Shown here piece after piece: positions 34,835-43,065 of a stretch of 43,555 nt of DNA. Origin of the DNA: Deltaproteobacteria bacterium (lineage in GTDB: Bacteria; Desulfobacterota; Binatia; UBA12015); assembly GCA_046583355.1 (NCBI GenBank), contig JAYGCM010000036.1, positions 1 through 43,555 of the forward strand, in the 5' to 3' direction. Position numbers and translations under genes: made by a program. Every line of letters begins with the position of its first letter. The stretch's first letter is position 1. Under the pieces are notes generated by a model, which had not been told where the DNA came from, made no database searches, and worked only from the letters and a program-made list of their open reading frames with translations.

Positions 34835-37087
34835 ATGAAGCAGCATAGGAAGCAGCAATGGAAACGCGCCGGCCTCGTCCTGCTCGCATCCGCAATTCTC
34901 CTTGGCGTAGCCGGCTGGGGCCTTCTACGCGGCACGTTCGGCGTCCCGCCCGCGAAGGGCAGGATCGAAGGTAGCCGACTCCCCGCAGCCGTCATCGCGG
35001 AACGCGAGGCGGCGAACGACGCCGCCGCCCGCGCGGTCGGCGCCACGCAGGCGCCGAGCCAGATCCTCTTCGGCGATCTGCATGTCCATACGACCTTCTC
35101 GGTCGATGCCTTCGCCTTCAGTCTGCCCGTCTTCCAGGGCGAAGGCGCCCACCCGCCCGCTGACGCCTGTGATTTCGCTCGCTATTGCTCGGGGCTCGAT
35201 TTCTGGAGCATCAATGAGCACGCCGAGGCGCTCGCCCCGCGCCTCTGGCAGGAGGTGAAAGACTCCGTGCGTCAATGCAACGCGATTGCGGGCGACGACG
35301 CGAACCCCGATCTGGTATCCTTCCTCGGCTGGGAATGGACCCAGGCATCACCCACACCCGAAAATCATTTCGGCCACAAAAACGTGATCCTCCGCGACAC
35401 CGAGGAATACCGGGTTCCGACGCGACCGATCGCGGCCACCCAGAGCGGTATCGAAGGCCTGCGTGCGATGCGCTTTGCCAGCTTGATGAATCCGCTCGCG
35501 GCCGGCGACTACCTCGATTTCAACCGCTACGCGCGCGAGAGCTTCGAGATTCCGCGCTGTCCGCAAGGCGTACCGGTCCGCGACCTGCCCGAGGATTGCT
35601 ACGAGGAGGCCGCCGATCCCGGCGTGCTTTTCGAGAAGCTCGACGATTGGGGTTTCCCCGCGCTGGTGATCCCGCATGGCACGAGCTGGGGCATTCACGC
35701 GCCGCCAGGAGCCACGCTTGAGAACCAACTCACAAAGGAACGCCACGACCCGACGCGCCAGAAACTCTTCGAAATCTATTCCGGACATGGAGCCTCGGAG
35801 ATCCACCGCGACCTGCTGCATGTCGAGGTAGACGCTGCGGGCGAGGCACATTGCCCCGCCCCGCAAGGCGACTTCGAGCCCTGTTGTTGGCGCGCCGGCG
35901 AGATCATTCGCGAGCGTTGCGACTCGCTGGCGCCTGACGAATGCGAGCGGCGCGTCGAGGAAGCGCGACAGAACTTCGCGCAGGCAGCCGTGGTCGGGGG
36001 CATCAAGACTGTTTTTCGCGAGCAGGTAGTACCGGGTGCGGTCGCCGAAGACTGGCTCGAATGCGGGCAACTGCCCGACAGCTTCTCACCTGCCTACACC
36101 TACCGCCCGCAGATGAGCGCGCAATTCGGTCTCGCCCTCGGCGATTTCGAACAACCGGGCGAACCCGGGCGCTTCCGCTTCGGCCTGATCGCATCGAGCG
36201 ACAACCATTACGGTCGTGCCGGCACCGGCTACAAGGAATTGCGCCGCCGCGGCATGTCGGACGCGCGCGGAATGGAAGTCGGGTTTCGGTCGGGCCCGGC
36301 CGCAAAGGAAGCCCGCGCCATCCCAGTTGAGGAGATCTCGCCACTCGGTGCCTCCGGCGGCGAGCGCGGCAATTCTTTCTTCTACACAGGCGGGCTTGTC
36401 GCCGCCCATAGCGTGGGCCGCAAACGCGAAGCAATCTTCGATGCGCTCGAGCAACGCCACGTCTACGGCACGTCTGGTGATCGCATCCTTCTCTGGTTCG
36501 ACCACCTGAACGAGGCGGGCGAGCGCCAGCCGATGGGTTCCGAACTCACCCACCCCGGCACGCCGCGCTTCGAGGTACGCGCCGTTGGTGCCTTCGAAGA
36601 ACTGCCCGGCTGTCCGGCGCATGCGCTGGCGGGGCTCAGCGCCGAGCGACTCGAGCGCCTCTGTTTCGGCGAATGCCACAACCCGTCGGATAGACGCAAG
36701 ATCATTGAGAGGATCGAGGTCGTGCGGATCCGCCCGCAACAAACACCCGACGAGGCGGTATCCGAGCTCATCGAGGACCCGTGGCGAACCTTTGTTTGCG
36801 CACCCGACGAGGCCGGCTGTGCCGTGCAATTCGACGATCCGGACTTCGAGCGCATGGGCCGCGAGACGCTCTATTATGTCCGCGCCATCCAGGAGAGAAC
36901 CCCCGCAGTGAACGGCGACACGCTGCGCTGCGAACGCGACGACGATGGGCGCTGCCTGAAAACGCACCCCTGCTTCGCCAAAGGCCCGAACGCCGACCCG
37001 ACCGACGATTGCCTGGCCCCTGTCGCCGAGCGTGCCTGGTCCTCACCGATCTGGGTCCGACCGGCCCGAGGCGCGGCCGAAAAGTAG
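34835..37087 (+). CDS. DUF3604 family protein (PHP-like metallohydrolase fold, Cys-rich, membrane anchored/exported)
   Basis: LFGDLHVHTTFSVDA, LDFWSINEHAE, FLGWEWT, HKNVI, IPHG, FGLIASSDNH, IFDALEQRHVYGTSG, YYVRAIQ, ERAWSSPIW. Confidence 0.85.
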   Translation: MKQHRKQQWKRAGLVLLASAILLGVAGWGLLRGTFGVPPAKGRIEGSRLPAAVIAEREAANDAAARAVGATQAPSQILFGDLHVHTTFSVDAFAFSLPVFQGEGAHPPADACDFARYCSGLDFWSINEHAEALAPRLWQEVKDSVRQCNAIAGDDANPDLVSFLGWEWTQASPTPENHFGHKNVILRDTEEYRVPTRPIAATQSGIEGLRAMRFASLMNPLAAGDYLDFNRYARESFEIPRCPQGVPVRDLPEDCYEEAADPGVLFEKLDDWGFPALVIPHGTSWGIHAPPGATLENQLTKERHDPTRQKLFEIYSGHGASEIHRDLLHVEVDAAGEAHCPAPQGDFEPCCWRAGEIIRERCDSLAPDECERRVEEARQNFAQAAVVGGIKTVFREQVVPGAVAEDWLECGQLPDSFSPAYTYRPQMSAQFGLALGDFEQPGEPGRFRFGLIASSDNHYGRAGTGYKELRRRGMSDARGMEVGFRSGPAAKEARAIPVEEISPLGASGGERGNSFFYTGGLVAAHSVGRKREAIFDALEQRHVYGTSGDRILLWFDHLNEAGERQPMGSELTHPGTPRFEVRAVGAFEELPGCPAHALAGLSAERLERLCFGECHNPSDRRKIIERIEVVRIRPQQTPDEAVSELIEDPWRTFVCAPDEAGCAVQFDDPDFERMGRETLYYVRAIQERTPAVNGDTLRCERDDDGRCLKTHPCFAKGPNADPTDDCLAPVAERAWSSPIWVRPARGAAEK

Positions 37088-37098
37088 GCCTGCCTCCG

Positions 37099-37476
37099 GG
37101 CGACGCGAAATGCGACACGAAATGGGCCACGGCAATCGACCGGGCCACGGCCCGGTACATCGACAAATTCGGAGTCGATGCGACCGCGTGCGGCCTCGAC
37201 GACGCGAGCGTCGCCCAGGCGCAGGCGCTCATTCTGGTGGGCACCAATCGGAGTCTCGATGATTACGCCGACCTCGACACGAACGAACTACCGGACTCGC
37301 TGAACCCGGCCGCCGACAACCAGGCGGTTTGCGAAAACGGCGGCGGCAGCTGGAACGGATCGTCGTGTGAGCAATCGGATTGCGGTAACGCCGTGCTCGA
37401 CGCCGACGGAGTTGGAGCGGGGGAACGGGCCAGGCTGCCACCCGTGTTTGCGATTCGACTGAAGATCGCTCATTAA
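37099..37476 (+). pseudogene. Start-less fragment of a Cys-rich extracellular protein
   Basis: Protein-like frame GDAKCDTKWATAIDRATARY...CENGGGSWNGSSCEQSDCGNAVLDA with no start/RBS after the DUF3604 stop; CGNxVLD resembles the beginning of a Myxococcus-type Cys-rich repeat but breaks off. Confidence 0.45.
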
Positions 37477-37493
37477 CCAAAACGGAGGATTCA

Positions 37494-38156
37494 ATGGCTA
37501 CTGGAAAAGCACACGGGAAAAATGTCGGCCCTGCGCATTTGGCGAATGCCGAACGCGGTGCCCGGACTCGGGAGAAAATCCTCGCGTCGGCTTGCGAAGT
37601 CTACAGCAGGAAGGGCCCGTCGAATGGCACCTTGAACGATGTGGCCGCGCACGCCGGACTCTCCCGGCCCAGCGTGCTCTACCACTTTGGTAGCGCCGAT
37701 GGCCTCGTTCTGGCGACCCTGAAGGCTTTCGACGAGCGCCACCGCACGACATTCCTGGAACAAATCCCACATGGCGGGATCGAGGAACTTCGCGCACTCT
37801 ATGACGTCGCCCGCGAAGCGGTCGAGGACCCTGCCTCCTTTCGCTTCTTTCTGCTGCTGGCAGCCGACAGTGTGGACCCGGGCCACTTCGCACACCAGTA
37901 CGTCAAGCAACGCTACCGTGCGGTACGCGGCGCGTTCGCCGAGGCGCTTGCGGCGTCACGCGACGCTGGCATGATTCACAAAGATACCGATGTCAGGAAC
38001 CTGGCCCGCCAGATCGTCGCCTTCATGGACGGCACCACGATGCAATGGGCCCTGGAGCCCGAAGGGATGGATCTCGTGGCGCTCTATGAGCAGTACATCG
38101 AATTCCTGATTGCCAATCTCTCGACCGGCAAACGCCCGCGCAGCACGGAATCCTAG
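37494..38156 (+). CDS. TetR/AcrR family transcriptional regulator
   Basis: TREKILASACEVYSRKG..GTLNDVAAHAGLSRPSVLYHFGS HTH; AFMDGTTMQW C-terminal domain; GGAGG RBS. Confidence 0.92.
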   Translation: MATGKAHGKNVGPAHLANAERGARTREKILASACEVYSRKGPSNGTLNDVAAHAGLSRPSVLYHFGSADGLVLATLKAFDERHRTTFLEQIPHGGIEELRALYDVAREAVEDPASFRFFLLLAADSVDPGHFAHQYVKQRYRAVRGAFAEALAASRDAGMIHKDTDVRNLARQIVAFMDGTTMQWALEPEGMDLVALYEQYIEFLIANLSTGKRPRSTES

Positions 38157-38189
38157 GATCCTGGGGACGCGTGTTACCCATTCGGCACC

Positions 38190-38591
38190 GTCGACAACTC
38201 TCCCGTCCGCGTGGCCTCCCTCGACCCCGCCGACGAGCGGGCCTTCGACATCTCGGTAGCGGGTGTTGCCGCCTTGACGGTCGCGAAGCTCCACAAGATC
38301 GCTGAGCGCAGAGATTCTGCGGATCGCCTTCGGGACAAGGACGGCCTCGACGTACTGCGCCTCCTGCGCTTCGCCGAAACCGAGATGGTCGCCGCCACGC
38401 TGACCAGGCTGGAGAAGGACCCCGTTGCCGGCGATGTCACCCGGCAGGCCCACGCGCTCCTCGGCGACTTCTTCGCCGACCGCACGGCCGTCGGCGCGCA
38501 AATGGCAGTCCGCGCGAGTGCCGGTCTCGAGGAGGAACTCACGATCGCGATTTCCTGCGAGGTGCTCGCACGCCAGATCCTCGCCGCCTGA
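38190..38591 (+). pseudogene. C-terminal fragment of a putative nucleotidyltransferase-fold (AbiEii/MenT-like) protein
   Basis: VAGVAALTVAKLHKIAER..RLRDKDGLDVLRLL resembles the K...R.KD..D helical C-terminal part of such proteins; frame is closed upstream by the TetR stop, so the N-terminal catalytic part is missing. Confidence 0.5.
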
Positions 38592-38599
38592 AAGTAGCC

Positions 38600-38641
38600 G
38601 GGAATCGGCAATACCGGAGAGTTCCTGGTGATTCCCTTTTT
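38600..38641 (+). terminator. Possible intrinsic terminator
   Basis: GGGAATC...GATTCCC arms with imperfect inner pairing followed by TTTTT, between convergent fragments. Confidence 0.35.
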
Positions 38642-38644
38642 CGC

Positions 38645-39073
38645 TCAGGCCCGGGTCGGGGGCTCCCAATCAGGCATCTTGCGCTTCAGGAATTCGTCGA
38701 AGAGTGGAACGGTGAACGCAGTGTCGCCGTGGGCTGGGGCGTAAATCATTCCCTTGGTGATCAGGGCAGATCTGCGGGGCCCCATAGATTGCACCTTGAC
38801 ACCCAGGCAATCTGCAACTTCGCCAGATCTGTGGGGGCCAGACCCGAGGTGCGACATCGCACGGAGATATTCGCGTTCCTTGGGTGTCAGCCGTTCAAAT
38901 CGCACGAGAAAGAAGTTGCGGTCGAGTTGGTCAACCACCGCGGGGTGGACCGCCTTCACATCATCGACCGTGATCGGCGACCCCGGCGCACTATTCCAAA
39001 GGTGATAGCCCCATTGTTGCAAGAAATAGGGGTAGCCCTGGGCGGCGGACACGACCATCTCGAGCGCGTTCAT
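38645..39073 (-). pseudogene. C-terminal fragment of an AAA-type ATP-binding protein with winged-helix tail
   Basis: GYPYFLQQWGYHLW...LDRNFFLVRFERLTPKEREYLRAM...RSALITKGMIYAPAHGDTAFTVPLFDEFLKR matches the C-terminal third of a widespread ATPase family; no Walker A/B present. Confidence 0.7.
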
Positions 39074-39260
39074 ATTGATAGAGTTTACTATGAGTTATGC
39101 GAGTTATTGAGTATCTGCATAACCTCCCTATACTTGCCGTGCGCGATCCGGAGCAGGACACAGCCCATGCTTGAGCCAAAATGCTCTCTCTCGGGCCATC
39201 GAAGCGGCTTGAGCTGCGTCGCCAGAATCGGGCATATAAATTTCAGCCCGGAGGGCCGCG

Positions 39261-40085
39261 TCAGGACTCTTCGGTGACCTCGCGGGGTTTCTTGCCTGCT
39301 GCCATCATCTCGGCGAGCTTGGCGCGGAAATCCGAGTGCGCGCTGACCACGGCAACCATATCGTTCGACATCTGCAGGTGCATCCGCATGCCCATGAGCT
39401 CCCAGGCGCGGCGGATGAGAGCCTTGGTCGCGACCAGCGTCGAGCCGGGCGCCTGCGCGATCTTGGTGGCCAGCGCCTCGACCGCCGACTCGAGGTCTTC
39501 GCGTGGCACGACGCGATTGATGATGCCGGCATCGAGCGCTTCTGCGGCCGTGAGGGTCTGCGAGGTGAAGAGGTACTCGGCAGTCTTCTTCCAATTCATG
39601 AAGAGCCAGGGCTCGATCATAGTCTCGCCGCCCGGCAGGCCCATCGCCTGCACCAGGGGCATCTGGAAATAGGCGTCCTCGGACGCGATGGTCAGATCCG
39701 GCAAAAGGGCCCAATAGGAGCCGCCGCCCAGCGCGTAGCCATGTACCTGGGAAATGGTCGGCTTGGGAAAATCCCAGAGGGTGAGCATCGGCGTCAAGAA
39801 CAGTTCCGTCTGGCCCTCCCAGACCGTCCCCTTGGCCTCGCGGTTGGCGTGGAACTCGGGGTAGTCGCCGGTCGGGATATGGCCGGAGCAGAAACCCTTG
39901 CCGTTCGCCTTGAGGATGACGACCTTCACCTCATGATCGCGCCGGGCCGCGGTGAGAGCATCATCGACGCCCCAGACCATCGCAGAGCTTTGCGCGTTGG
40001 CTCGGGCCGGATTGTCGAGAATGATCCGCGCGATCGGGCCATCTTTTTCATATTTGACTTCGGGGCCGAATTCTTCAGTCGTCAT
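39261..40085 (-). CDS. Enoyl-CoA hydratase/isomerase (crotonase) family, atypical active site
   Basis: ILDNPARANAQ, KGFCSGH, PKPTISQVHGYALGGG, LTAAEALDAGIINRVVP; ATGA overlap with E2. Confidence 0.88.
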   Translation of the reverse strand: MTTEEFGPEVKYEKDGPIARIILDNPARANAQSSAMVWGVDDALTAARRDHEVKVVILKANGKGFCSGHIPTGDYPEFHANREAKGTVWEGQTELFLTPMLTLWDFPKPTISQVHGYALGGGSYWALLPDLTIASEDAYFQMPLVQAMGLPGGETMIEPWLFMNWKKTAEYLFTSQTLTAAEALDAGIINRVVPREDLESAVEALATKIAQAPGSTLVATKALIRRAWELMGMRMHLQMSNDMVAVVSAHSDFRAKLAEMMAAGKKPREVTEES

Positions 40086-40819
40086 CGGGAGTTCTCCTGC
40101 GGAAGATCTGCCGACCATTCCCGCTCTTCGAGTTCATTTTTCAGATGCCGTAAAAACGCCGCGGCATAGGCACCGTCAAAGGCGCGGTGGTCCCAGGTCA
40201 GCGCGAGCACACCGATCGGGCGCACCTCGACCCGGTACTCATCCGAACCCTCGCCCGGCGCACAGGGTACTGCGACGGGTTTGGGCTGGATGCCATCGGT
40301 CGAGAGAATCGCCACCTGCGGCAGGTTGATGATCGCTCCCGTGAAGAGCGTGCCATAGCCTCCCGCGTTGGTGATCGTGAAACTGCCGCCGGCTACATCG
40401 TCGGGCTTGAGCTTGCGGGTCCGGGCGCGCGTCGCGAGATCCTCGATCCCGGCGGCCAATGCCTCGAGCGGCATTGTACCGGCATCCTTCAGCACGGGCA
40501 CGATCAATCCCTTGAAATCCAGATCGACGGCAATACCAAGATTGAGTCGCGGGTGGACATGTAGAGAATCCTCGACAAGCCAGGCATTGACGTGGGGGAA
40601 TTCCTCGATCCCACTGTTGACGGCACGCGCAATGAAGGGAAGATACGAGAGCGAGAGACCCCCTTCGAGGGCCAGGCGGCGCGCTGCGGCGACCCGTCCA
40701 TAATCGACTTCGATCGCCATCAGGGTATGCGCTGCGGTGTCCCGCGAGGCTCGCATATGCTGCCCGATGCGGCGCCGCATCGTCGTGAGGGGAATGATTT
40801 CCGCCTCGGTCGCGTTCAC
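40082..40819 (-). CDS. 2-oxoacid dehydrogenase E2 acyltransferase, catalytic domain only
   Basis: MRRRIGQHM, NLGIAVD, LIVPVLKDA, GGSFTITNAG, IINLPQVAIL, catalytic DHRAFDGA; no lipoyl or subunit-binding domain. Confidence 0.9.
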   Translation of the reverse strand: MNATEAEIIPLTTMRRRIGQHMRASRDTAAHTLMAIEVDYGRVAAARRLALEGGLSLSYLPFIARAVNSGIEEFPHVNAWLVEDSLHVHPRLNLGIAVDLDFKGLIVPVLKDAGTMPLEALAAGIEDLATRARTRKLKPDDVAGGSFTITNAGGYGTLFTGAIINLPQVAILSTDGIQPKPVAVPCAPGEGSDEYRVEVRPIGVLALTWDHRAFDGAYAAAFLRHLKNELEEREWSADLPQENSR

Positions 40820-41055
40820 GTCCCGGCCTCGTCGATGGTCGCAATGAGTTTTCCGACCTTGTAGACCTCACCAACCGATCCGAGATGCTTGACGATACCG
40901 GCGCAAGGCGACTCGATTTCCATCTCGACCTTGTCGGTCTCGAGCAGATAGAGCGGCGTCCCGGACTCGACCGGAGAACCATCGGCCGCCAGCCATTCGA
41001 TGAGCGTTCCCTCCTCTACGGCTTCGCCGGTTTGGGGGATTCGAATTTCCGTCAT
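40816..41055 (-). CDS. Stand-alone lipoyl/biotinyl carrier domain protein
   Basis: 79 aa MTEIRIPQTGEAVEEGTLIEW...ETDKVEMEIESPCAG (lipoyl Lys in TDK); 4-bp overlaps with genes on both sides. Confidence 0.9.
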   Translation of the reverse strand: MTEIRIPQTGEAVEEGTLIEWLAADGSPVESGTPLYLLETDKVEMEIESPCAGIVKHLGSVGEVYKVGKLIATIDEAGT

Positions 41056-43049
41056 GAACAACTCCGCAAGGCTGCTGCCTTGATTTCCGCGACACCGGGC
41101 GAATGCGCAGCCACGAGCGAAGCCGCGCGCGGCACCGGGGTGAAGGCCGCACCGACACGAAGGACCGGGGCCAGCAGGTCGCCGAAGCAACGCTCGGAGA
41201 CCAGTGCGGCGATCTCGGCACCGAAGCCGCCAAAGGAGGTCGCGCTATGGGCGACGATCAGGCGCCGCGTCTTCGCCACCGAGGCAAGTACGGTACCAAG
41301 GTCGAGGGGAACCAGAGTGCGCAGATCCACGACTTCCACAGAGATCCCCTCTGCCTCGAGCTCGTCGGCGGCCGTAAGCGCGGCGCCCACAAGCGCTCCC
41401 CAGGTGACGATCGACACATCTTTGCCCGCACGCTTCACCGCTGCTCGACCGAGAGGAATGCGATACTGTTCTTCGGGCACGGGGCCGCGTTGGGTGCGCG
41501 CCAGGAGCAGCTTCATCGGCTCGATGAATATGCACGGGTCGTCGTCCTCGATGCAGGCGGTGAGCAGGCCCTTCGCATCGCGCGGCGAGCTCGCCACCAC
41601 GACCTTGAGCCCAGGCGTATGCGTCAACCAGGCTTCCAGGGCTTGGGAGTGTTGCGGTCCAGCATAGGCACCCTCCATCGTCCGCAGGGTGAGGGGAACA
41701 TGCACGCGGCCGCCCGACATGAAGCGCAGCTTGGCGGCATGATTGGCGAGCTGGTCGAGGCAGACGCCGAGGAAATCGAGGAACATCAGCTCGGGAACCG
41801 GACGGAACCCTTCGATTGCGGCGCCAATGGCCGCGCCAACAATGGCCTGCTCGGCGATCGGCGTCGCGCGCACCCGATCAGTCCCGAAGCGTGTCGAGAG
41901 CCCTGCCGTGCAGGTGAAGAGGCCGCCGACCGGGTCCGCAATATCCTCACCGAGGAGAATGACGCGCTCATCATTTTCCATGGCCTGAGCAAGCGCCTGG
42001 TTCACAGCCTGGGCGAGACTCAGATCCTTCTCGGGGCCGGTGGGCTCGATCTCCTCCGGCGGCTCGAGGACCAGGGCACCATCGGTATCCAGTCCGCCGT
42101 AGACATGCTCGTAGAGTGTTTCGGCCGCCGGCATCGCCGCGTCGCGCGCCGCGCCAATGGCCGCCTCAACCTCTGCCTGGATGCGCTCCTCGAGCGCGAC
42201 GATATCAGCCTCGACAACGCCCGCTTCGAGCAGCCGCGCCCGCAGCCGCCCGACCGGCTCATTGGCCTTCGCTACGGCCAGAGCTTCCTTGTCGACATAG
42301 GCGCAAGGGTCGCCGAAATAATGCCCGTTGAGACGAAACGCGATGGCCTCGAGGAAGGTCGGCCCCTCGCCGGCTCGGGCGCGCGCGAGTGCTTCAAGCG
42401 CCGCGCCATGCACTGCCTCGGCATCGGTACCGTCCACGGTCACGCCCGGCATACCGTACGCGGCCGCACGGTCGGAGAGCTTCGCCGTCCGCGTATATTC
42501 GGCAACCGGAGTGCCCTCGCCGTAGAGGTTGTTGTGACAGAGAAAGACAATCGGGAGCTGCCAGAGAGCAGCGAGGTTCATGGCCTCATGCACCGCCCCG
42601 ATGGAGGTTGCTCCGTCACCAAAAGAAACCACCACGACACGGCTCTCACCGCGGAGTTGAGCCGCCAGCGCGAGGCCGTTCGCAATTGGCGCACCGGCGC
42701 CGACGATGCCGGTCGACGCCATCAGGCCGACCTCGGGTGCGTTGATGCCCATCGCACCGCCGCGCCCGCCCGAGGTACCGTTCTCGCGCCCGAGCAATTC
42801 GCCGGCAAGCTCGGTCAGGTCGACGCCGCGAGCGATCGCGTCAGCAGCACAACGATAGGTGATGACCATGCGATCCTCGGGCGCCAGCGCGAGACCGACG
42901 CCGGCCGAGATCGCCTCCTGGCCTTCGACCGGCCAATAGCTGGTCTGAAACTCGCCTGAGGACAGCCCGCGGCGGAACCGCGCGTCGAATGCATGGATCG
43001 TGCGCGTCTTCTCGTAGAGACGCATCAATAGAGTATTTGTCATGGTCAT
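41052..43049 (-). CDS. TPP-dependent dehydrogenase E1, alpha-beta fusion (pyruvate/acetoin/branched-chain-like)
   Basis: GQEA, TPP motif FGDGA...NN, RLNGH; beta part LGEDI, TPIAEQ, QHSQALEAW, EVVDLRTLVPLD. Start 43049 or 43043. Confidence 0.92.
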   Translation of the reverse strand: MTMTNTLLMRLYEKTRTIHAFDARFRRGLSSGEFQTSYWPVEGQEAISAGVGLALAPEDRMVITYRCAADAIARGVDLTELAGELLGRENGTSGGRGGAMGINAPEVGLMASTGIVGAGAPIANGLALAAQLRGESRVVVVSFGDGATSIGAVHEAMNLAALWQLPIVFLCHNNLYGEGTPVAEYTRTAKLSDRAAAYGMPGVTVDGTDAEAVHGAALEALARARAGEGPTFLEAIAFRLNGHYFGDPCAYVDKEALAVAKANEPVGRLRARLLEAGVVEADIVALEERIQAEVEAAIGAARDAAMPAAETLYEHVYGGLDTDGALVLEPPEEIEPTGPEKDLSLAQAVNQALAQAMENDERVILLGEDIADPVGGLFTCTAGLSTRFGTDRVRATPIAEQAIVGAAIGAAIEGFRPVPELMFLDFLGVCLDQLANHAAKLRFMSGGRVHVPLTLRTMEGAYAGPQHSQALEAWLTHTPGLKVVVASSPRDAKGLLTACIEDDDPCIFIEPMKLLLARTQRGPVPEEQYRIPLGRAAVKRAGKDVSIVTWGALVGAALTAADELEAEGISVEVVDLRTLVPLDLGTVLASVAKTRRLIVAHSATSFGGFGAEIAALVSERCFGDLLAPVLRVGAAFTPVPRAASLVAAHSPGVAEIKAAALRSCS

Positions 43050-43065
43050 CGTTTCTGGCGGCTCC

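Noticed and set aside
41103..42959. 618-aa plus-strand ORF
   Set aside because: Antisense shadow of the E1 fusion gene.
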